DNA from: Haliotis rubra
Lineage: Eukaryota
DNA length: 64,000 nucleotides
Reading direction: 5' to 3'
Assembly: GCF_003918875.1 (NCBI RefSeq)
Contig: NW_025767355.1
Span: 62,001-126,000 of the forward strand
The notes beneath the pieces were generated by a model. It searched no databases. It was given only the letters and a program-made list of their open reading frames with translations, and was not told the origin of the DNA. The stretch's first letter is position 1; every line of letters starts with the position of its first letter. This document shows positions 55,491 to 64,000 of this stretch, piece by piece. Both the position numbers and the translations under genes were made by a program.

Positions 55491-56136
55491 AAGATGTTGT
55501 TTTTCTACTCAGTGTGTGTTGTATTTCTACCCAGTGGGTGTTTTATCTGGTGACCTTGGATAATAGCATTGTTTGTGAGGAGTAAACAACAAAACTGTGA
55601 CAGTGATAACACATTATAAGCCAAGGCCACGTTGTATATATCGGTTATCTGGGTGGAGACTTTGTTCAACATTCTCACTGGCTACTGTCGGGTGACAGAT
55701 TGATCATATTGGAGAATAATCAGAACAGGATGTCATGTGCACCTGGTTGTGCGTTGTTTTACATATACGCGTTGAAACAGTAACTTAATACTGACTGTTA
55801 GCGACATGCCAGAGGTGACACGGTTCAGTATGCGAGCTGTTTACAACTACAGTGTAAATAGGTCTGGTATGTAGGAGGCACGCGCTCAACCCACCCATTA
55901 AAAATAGATAAATAAATGGACCTGTTTTTAGTTTTCAAATGTTTCTAATTTAAATAAAAATTTAAACAATATTGATATTGCCGATTTACGCACAGTGACA
56001 GTCATACCTGAACATACTGTGGTCGTTTACAGGTACACTCTCAAGAAACCCGTACAACCCGTTTTGAACGTGCATGACACTTCTCCTTGTTGTTGATTGA
56101 TTCTATGAAACCCCCCTCCTGGTTTTGATGAGTTAT

Positions 56137-56467
56137 CATAACAGCAGGGGGTGAGCCATAATAGCAGGGGGTGAGCCATAACAGCAGCAGTGAGCCGTAA
56201 CAGCAGGGGTGAGCCATAACAGCAGGGGTGAACCATAACAGCAGGGGTGAGCCATAACAGCAGGGGTGAGCCATAACAGCAGGGGGTGAGCCATAACAGC
56301 AGGGGTGAGCCATAATGAGCCATAACAGCGGGGGTGAGCCATAACAGCAGGGGGTGAGCCATAACAGCGGCGGGGGTGAGCCATAACACAGCAGGGGGTG
56401 AGCCATAACAGCAGGGGGTGAGCCATAACAGCAGGGGGTGAGCCATAACAGCAGGGGGGAGCCATAA
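56137..56467. repeat. 19-20-bp minisatellite (ccataacagcagggggtgag)n
   Basis: About 17 tandem units. Confidence 0.93.
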
Positions 56468-56728
56468 TGAAACTGTATTCAGGACATCATGAGTACTTGC
56501 ACAAAGCAAGTGCTACCAAATATGGCTGGTTTAATTATTTCCAAATTTGGATATACGTATGTAAACTGAGATAGGCAAGTATTTGGATATACTAATGATC
56601 ACTAATGGCTTTTGCCTTATGCCAACCAAGCCATATTGTTCAAATAGCGTAATTTAACAGGCGAAAACTACACCAACTCACATAGCGGTCTTGTGAAAGT
56701 GTCGTAATGTCTAAGCGAATCACCCACT

Positions 56729-56974
56729 AACTTCTTTGAGAGGCATTTTAGAAGTTGGGAAGTACAATATAGCACAAACTTTATGGATAACAACTTCTTT
56801 TTATTCGTGAGTTCGACGTTTCGATACAGATTCTTGTACCGCTGTCAAGCATAATGGAACATGAAGAAGGGGGAAGTATATATATACTGGTTGTAACAAT
56901 GTAACAAAGAAAACAACATAATTAACATAATAGGCTAGGCAGAAAGCTGTTATCCATAAAGTTTGTTCTATATT
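56729..56974 (-). mobile_element. Short Penelope-like pLTR insertion with inverted terminal segment and degenerate hammerhead-like core
   Basis: 12-bp TSD gaatcacccact (56717-56728, 56975-56986). About 34-bp inverted repeat at 56765-56798 / 56941-56975. Minus strand reads TATA-like...cttgacagc-ggtaca-loop-tgtatc-gaaacgtc...aataaa. Confidence 0.65.
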
Positions 56975-57284
56975 GAATCACCCACTGGTATGAAATATAT
57001 ATTCCCCATAGTATAGGATCAAATATATCACTATCAGTTACCAAAAAACTTATCCAAACCTCAATTCAACTTACTATTTCGATAAACTGACAATGGAGGA
57101 ATAATTAAATGATAAATCTATAAAACCCGCGAAACAGTCGTCTATTCACAAAGGCAAACATGGCAAAAAAATGGAATTATTTTACAGTGCTGGTGACTAT
57201 GGTCGTATGACGTTTACAAGAGGGGTCAGGTCCCAGCTTCTTCCATACAGGCCTCATGGAGTCACGTAAATATCAATGGCAATG

Positions 57285-57900
57285 TCAGTATGTGGTGTAC
57301 CTGGCGTCATCTGCAATAACATCCCTGACCCTCCTCCTTACTGACTGTGGTGCTCGTTGAATTTCTTAGACCTAATTTTGTATGGAGGATCTCTCTGACG
57401 TATTCTGCAACCAGTTATTTCCCAAACATGCTCTACGGGATGGAGATTTGGACTCCTGAAAGGACAAGGTAGAGTGGCTACCGTATCTAGATGTAGGGAA
57501 TCACCAACGGCACATGCGTGATGTGGAAGAGCATTGGCGTCCATGAAGATGTTAAGAGGATGTTCACAGAGATGTGGTACAACAACCATGTCTAGAATGT
57601 CAGTGATGTACCGTTGTCGATCCTGGTTTTGTCTGATCGTCACAAGGTCAAGTTTACAGTCATGTGAGAGGCACCCCTGCACCATCAATGTACCCCCGGC
57701 AAACAGTACCTGCTCCAAGATACGCTGCTATCCGTATGCAGTGTTTCAGCGGCGCCAAACCCGAGCTCGGCTATCACTCATAGTTAAAGAGATCTACCTT
57801 CGTCCCACCAGTGGGCCCTTCCCGACGACATCAAATTCCATTGACGTCGAGCTTAACATCACCAGGTTCCTCTTCCCTGAATGGGTGGATTCGAACTATT
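57285..57900 (-). mobile_element. Highly degenerate Tc1 transposase fragment
   Basis: FAGGTLMVQG, FMDANALPH and SPNLHPVEHVW motifs. Confidence 0.75.
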
Positions 57901-57915
57901 GTCAAAGGATGGACA

Positions 57916-58200
57916 GATGGACTGAGGAGTTTCAGAGTGGCATATCGACTGAGGAGACTGGGGTGGACTTAGGAGCCTCAGAGTGGCCAAACCACTGAGA
58001 GGTCCCACTGTGGCTAATTCCACTGAGGTGTCTGGGGTGGCCAGGTGGACTTAGAAGTCTCAGAGTGGCCAAACCACTGAGAGGTCCTACTGTGGCTAGT
58101 TCACTGACTTCTACTGAGGAGTCTCAGAGTGGCCAAACCACTGAGAGGTCCCACTGTGGCCAATTCCACTGAGGAGTCTGGGGTGGCCAGGTGGACTGAC
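57916..58200. repeat. Imperfect local repeat (cagagtggccaaaccactgagaggtcc.actgtggc) x3
   Basis: Three copies visible. Confidence 0.75.
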
Positions 58201-58280
58201 AGTACTCGTACCTGTGGTGTTCACCAAAGTTGTAATGATTATCTAAAACATGGCTTCCAGCCAACTCCATAATCCCCCGT

Positions 58281-58282
58281 CA

Positions 58283-58317
<35 letters not shown>

Positions 58318-58320
58318 CAC

Positions 58321-58362
<42 letters not shown>
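58281..58362. repeat. (CA)n microsatellite
   Basis: About 40 CA units with two CG interruptions. Confidence 0.97.
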
Positions 58363-58367
<5 letters not shown>

Positions 58368-59127
58368 CTGCCGAAACTAATCGTCAGGGGCAAAACGACG
58401 ATTACCTGATACTGGTTTGATATTTCTTAAGTTTTAAAAAAACGTACTATTCGTGTATCATCTGTATTAAAATCACGGTCATAACATCACAGCAAATTTA
58501 TTTAAAGGAATCAATGAAATTATTGTATCTCGCCACGGATATCTACATGGCCAAAAGTCATGTTTCCGCCCACTCGCGTTGCTGAAGTACACATATATAG
58601 AAGATATGAGTTATCTAATAATAATTATGCCAAGTTTGGAATTGCGTTTCGCTAAGCATGGGGTCCAGTGTAGCTCACCGCGGCAGTTGACAGGTTGTCC
58701 GTGAACAGCAGCAGCCAGCAGCCAGCAGCCAAGTCACAGTCAGTCCTTCACACACGAACAGTGAGTGAGAGTTTAGTTTTACGCCGCTTTTAGCAATGTT
58801 CCAGCTATATCACAACCCCTCCAAAATGAGGTCTTCAAGGCATCACGTCATGGTTCCCTCCATGAAGCCTCGTTTTAAATCAAGGTCCACTAAATGTATT
58901 TATTTGTGAACAGATTAAATGTTTTGTAGTTTATGTGCAATAGTCCATATTTCCTGTTATTGAAACCCGTGATTGCTTTTAAGAAGGGCCTGTAGGGTTC
59001 AGAAACCTATATAAGGTCAACAGTAAACTGAAATATATTACTGTTCCTACTTGACTGAACGCGGCATATAAACATTTGGATGTTCTGAATAATCAAATAA
59101 ATGCCTCTAGTACTCTAGTATACTGAA

Positions 59128-59290
59128 GTGAGTGAGTATGGTTTGAGCCGCTTTTAGCACTGTTCCAGCAAATATCATGGCGGGTGACGACAGAAATGGA
59201 CTTCACACAGTGTACCCATGTGGGGAATCGAACCCGGGTCTTCGGTTTGACGAGCGGACGCTTTAACCACTAGGCCACCCCACCGCCCCC
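59128..59290 (-). mobile_element. SINE family B (duplicate at 60469..60631)
   Basis: A and B boxes plus family tail. TSD-like gtatactg(a/g)ag. Confidence 0.9.
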
Positions 59291-60468
59291 GCGTATACTG
59301 GAGACGAAACCAAGAAGATATACAGCACTGTGTATTAATTAATGTCGATACATTTGTCATGTTCGTGTACCTTGGGGAAGCGGTGCTCGCATGTGCGATT
59401 GTCAACTGTTCCACCTTGAATACTTAATGGCTAATATAGTGACCTGACAAGGTTAAAAATTAATGTCAGCAGTATACAATACACATTCTCGCTAATGTGA
59501 AACGTGAATACGTTGCATCGTGACCATCGACTCTATTTATGCTTATAAGCGCTCGTTTGTGGAAACCCGAAGCAAGTCTTTGTCGACCAAACAGCTGATG
59601 ATGTTAGCAGCATAAAATACACTACCGTGAGACTGTGAAACTTCCATTAGCATGTTAATCCTGCTTTAAAACGATTGTTGGGGGAAACGTTGTGCAAATG
59701 TAAGTCGAGGATGCTGTGACCAAAGTGTAAGCGATTACTTCAAGCACAGTAAGCTATTTGTTATCGCTATCGCACGTTTACATGAAACACAATCAGCTCC
59801 TTGTTTCAAGGCCAGATTAATATGATACAATGTTTTAGATAGTGTGCCTGTTTGCAGACCTTGACCACTGTGTAAAGCGCGTTTGTCAGAGAATGCTCTG
59901 TGGTCGTGTATCGGTAACATGCGCTGATACCGTCACGAGGCTGACAGAAGATATGAGTTATCTAATAATAATTATGCCAAGTTTGGAATTGCGTTTCGCT
60001 AAGCATGGGGTCCAGTGTAGCTCACCGCGGCAGTTGACAGGTTGTCCGTGAACAGCAGCAGCCAGCAGCCAAGTCAGAAGTCAGACCTTCACACACGAAC
60101 AGTGAGTGAGAGTTTAGTTTTACGCCGCTTTTAGCAATGTTCCAGCTATATCACAACCCCTCCAAAATGAGGTCTTCAAGGCATCACGTCATGGTTCCCT
60201 CCATGAAGCCTCGTTTTAAATCAAGGTCCACTAAATGTATTTATTTGTGAACAGATTAAATGTTTTGTAGTTTATGTGCAATAGTCCATATTTCCTGTTA
60301 TTGAAACCCGTGATTGCTTTTAAGAAGGGCCTGTAGGGTTCAGAAACCTATATAAGGTCAACAGTAAACTGAAATATATTACTGTTCCTACTTGACTGAA
60401 CGCGGCATATAAACATTTGGATGTTCTGAATAATCAAATAAATGCCTCTAGTACTCTAGTATACTGAA

Positions 60469-60631
60469 GTGAGTGAGTATGGTTTGAGCCGCTTTTAGCA
60501 CTGTTCCAGCAAATATCATGGCGGGTGACGACAGAAATGGACTTCACACAGTGTACCCATGTGGGGAATCGAACCCGGGTCTTCGGTTTGACGAGCGGAC
60601 GCTTTAACCACTAGGCCACCCCACCGCCCCC
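60469..60631 (-). mobile_element. SINE family B (copy created by the tandem duplication)
   Basis: Same sequence and flanks as 59128..59290. Confidence 0.9.
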
Positions 60632-62201
60632 GCGTATACTGGAGACGAAACCAAGAAGATATACAGCACTGTGTATTAATTAATGTCGATACATTTGTTA
60701 TGTTCGTGTACCTTGGGGAAGCGGTGCTCGCATGTGCGATTGTCAACTGTTCCACCTTGAATACTTAATGGCTAATATAGTGACCTGACAAGGTTAAAAA
60801 TTAATGTCAGCAGTATACAATACACATTCTCGCTAATGTGAAACGTGACTACGTTGCATCGTGACCATCGACTCTATTTATGCTTATAAGCGCTCGTTTG
60901 TGGAAACCCGAAGCAAGTCTTTGTCGACCAAACAGCTGATGATGTTAGCAGCATAAAATACACTACCGTGAGACTGTGAAACTTCCATTAGCGTGTTAAT
61001 CCTGCTTTAAAACGATTGTTGGGGGAAACGTTGTGCAAATGTAAGTCGAGGATGCTGTGACCAAAGTGTAAGCGATTACTTCAAGCACAGTAAGCTATTT
61101 GTTATCGCTATCGCACGTTTACATGAAACACAATCAGCTCCTTGTTTCAAGGCCAGATTAATATGATACAATGTTTTAGATAGTGTGCCTGTTTGCAGAC
61201 CTTGACCACTGTGTAAAACGCGTTTGTCAGAGAATTCTCTGTGGTCGTGTATCGGTAACATGCGCTGGTACCGTCACGAGGCTGACACTGAGGTGCAAAT
61301 GAGAGCTTCTTTATTCATTACGACACGTCATGTAGCCGTACACAGCTCATATTATCCTAGCCTTGCTCCAAGGCTGTACTGAATGCTGCTCCCATGGATG
61401 TCTAGTAATTCTATACTTCGCACCCCAGTCTGTTATTTATTATATTTTTTTAGAAATTACCATTTAAGCTATTAATGTTTCCTTTCGAAACTTGTGCCAG
61501 TCTAATATTATCCCCGCGTGCCTGACTGTATCATAAGGCCAGTTGTCCATAGCGGTCTCACAGCGAGACACAGGTCAGTCAGGTCACGACCCGGAGCATT
61601 GAGACTTATCATATATAGACTTGCTGTTGTTCTAGCAGGGGCGTACCCAGGAAAGTAATGAAGTGTATAGTTTGGCATGAAATGCATGTGGACCCGGTTT
61701 TTTGTAAATATCTCTTCATCCAAAGACCCAATCGATCTCAAACTGTGCAAGTGGATGTTTTGTCAGACAACCTAAGCACATTGTAAATCACCGATTTTAT
61801 GCATTTGTATTAAAGAATCTGTCTATGTAACTGTCAACAAAATAAACAGCAGAACGCAAACTGCTTGCAGAGGGGGGAGCCAATGACCTGTAACAGCGGC
61901 AGTGTTGGGTCATGAAGGTAAATGCACGTGCAGTTCATAGGGAGGTTTCCCACCCCTACTACTCTCGAAAAAATATAGATCCATAACATCCCACATGTGA
62001 AACAAATTGCCGGAAGAATTAAGTGCAGGCACGTGCCTAAAGTCCACTGTCTATGTGTACACCACATATATTACTATTACAATGTCGCTAACCAAACAGT
62101 CAGTTGAGGACGTAGTCTCCAGCCACCTGACGGGAAACTAATACAATCAACTGTATCCCCTCAATACACGTTATTTAAGCCGTTCCGCAGATCAGATCAA
62201 T

Positions 62202-62446
62202 GAGTGAGTGAGTTTAGTTTTATGCCGCACTAGGCAATGGTCCAGCTATATGGCGGTGGTCTGTAAATAATCGAGTCTGGACCAGACAATCCAGTGATCA
62301 ACAGCATGAGCATCGATCTGTGCGATTGGGAACCGATGACATGTGTCAACCAAGTCAGCGAGCCTGACCACCCGATCCCGTTAGTCGCCTCTAACGACAA
62401 GCATGGGTTTCTGAAGATTAATATTTCAACCCGGACCTTCACGGGT
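62202..62446 (-). mobile_element. Retroposon family A copy
   Basis: Reverse complement starts acccgtgaaggtccgggtt. TSD agatcaatg. Confidence 0.9.
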
Positions 62447-62642
62447 AGATCAATGTGTATTTAAGTCCATGTCTAGTATTCCCTGCATAGTTGGAATGTT
62501 GCTACAGGCGGCATGAGACCATGTACCCACTCAACTAATAAGTGTATAGTTGCTATGACAAATACTTAAGAACATTTTACAGATACAAATTGTTGCAAAA
62601 ATTTTGATGCAGTTTCTTTGTCCAGTATCACTAGTCGTTGTT

Positions 62643-63637
62643 TTTGGTGAAACAGTGATGGGTGAATGTGGTCAGTGTTGACGGGTTTGGGTGAAACAGT
62701 GATGGGTGAATGTGGTCAGTGTTGACGGGTTTGAGTGAAACAGTGATGGGTGAATGAGGTCAGTGTTGACGGGTTTGGGTGAAACAGTGATGGGTGAATG
62801 TGGTCAGTGTTGACGGGTTTGGGTGAAACAGTGATGGGTGAATGTGGTCAGTGTTGACGGGTTTGGGTGAAACAGTGATGGGTGAATGTGGTCAGTGTTG
62901 ACGGGTTTGGGTTTAGGTGAAACAGTGATGGGTGAATGTGGTCAGTGTTGACGGGTTTGGTGAAACAGTGATGGGTGAATGTGGTCAGTGTTAACGGTTT
63001 TGGTGAAACAGTGATGATGGGTGAATGTGGTCAGTGTTGACGGGTTTTGGTGAAACAGTGATGGGTGAATGTGGTCAGGGTTGACGGGTTTGAGTGAAAC
63101 TGATAGGTGAATGTGGTCAGTGTTGACGGGTTTTGGTGAAACAGTGATGGGTGAATGTCGTCAGTGTTAACGGGTTTTGGTGAAACAGTGATGGGTGAAT
63201 GTGGTCAGTGTTGACGGGTTTGGGTGAAACAGTGATGGGTGAATGTGGTCAGTGTTGACGGGTTTGGGTGAAACAGTGATGGGTGAATGTGGTCAGTGTT
63301 GACGGGTTTGGGTGAAACAGTGATGGGTGAATGTGGTCAGTGTTGACGGGTTTGGGTGAAACAGTGATGGGTGAATGTGGTCAGTGTTGACGGGGTCAGT
63401 GTTGACGGGAGTGAAACAGTGATGGGTGAATGTGGTCAGTGTTGACGGGTTTGAGTGAAACAGTGATGGGTGAATGTGGTCAGTGTTGACGGGTTTGAGG
63501 TGAAACAGTGATGGGTGAATGTGGTCAGTGTTGACGGGTTTGGGTGAAACAGTGATGGGTGAATGTGGTCAGTGTTGACGGGTTTTGGTGAAACAGTGAT
63601 AGGTGAATGTGGTCAGTGTTGACGGGTTTGGGTGAAA
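62643..63637. repeat. 44-bp minisatellite (ggtgaaacagtgatgggtgaatgtggtcagtgttgacgggtttg)n
   Basis: About 22 tandem units. Confidence 0.95.
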
Positions 63638-63796
63638 CGGGTTACAATATCCTTTCAATATATGACCAGTGATCACTTATTGGATATTATTGAATTTTTC
63701 TCTTAAAAATACTTTTGAAAATATTATTCGGTAAACTGTTTCACATTGACAGCGAGGTGTGTGTGTGTCTCCATCCCATGTTACATGTTACATAAC

Positions 63797-63871
63797 GACC
63801 GACACAGAACTGGCCCGCTCCCATATACGAGCTGCCTCTGTATATGGGAGCGAGCCAGTTCTGTGTCGGTC
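63797..63871. other. 75-bp near-perfect hairpin (32-bp arms, 11-nt loop)
   Basis: gaccgacacagaactggcccgctcccatatac-gagctgcctct-gtatatgggagcgagccagttctgtgtcggtc, with one mismatch. Confidence 0.9.
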
Positions 63872-64000
63872 AATATTGCTCCCAGCAAGCGTTTTGCTCG
63901 CAGTATAGTCGCTGTAGCGCCCTTTGTTCTGGGGGCGTCGCAAGGTTGTCGAGGTCAGTGGCCTACTTGTTTACACTTAACGCTGATGCATATTTTGTTC

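Larger units (their letters stand above)
58599..61286. repeat. Head-to-tail 1.34-kb tandem duplication (58599..59945 and 59946..61286)
   Basis: Copies are nearly identical, differing by a few SNPs and one 7-bp gcagcca indel. Each contains a full SINE B and a SINE tail. Confidence 0.95.

Overview
Repeat-rich eukaryotic DNA from a metazoan, most likely a gastropod mollusc (abalone-like; inferred only from recalled repeat families). The only host genes I can support are four tandem + strand regucalcin/SMP-30/gluconolactonase paralogs. Copy 1 is partial (last two exons, 1474-2448). Copies 2 (12639-25990, 300 aa), 3 (32462-36638, 301 aa) and 4 (39656-46460, 303 aa) are intact five-exon genes with phase-1 GT-AG introns and conserved metal ligands. 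The rest is transposon debris (three Tc1, AcademX, Ginger-like, Penelope-like, an Ngaro-type tyrosine-recombinase retroelement, an L1/Tx1 LINE, MITEs, two short retroposon families), about a dozen minisatellites, a 1.34-kb tandem duplication and two N gaps (2561-2747, 40264-40505). Three observations stand out. (1) Minisatellites built from the genes' own splice junctions: about 39 copies of the exon-3 acceptor in paralog 2 and about 11 copies of the exon-4 donor in paralog 4, with every decoy site leading to an early stop. (2) A short retroposon with no tRNA head, a fixed 5' end and a predicted pseudoknotted 5' RNA (candidate self-processing RNA). (3) A MITE carrying two YY1-like plus CTCF-like modules between paralogs 1 and 2. 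Everything was read by eye, and no database searches or folding programs were run.
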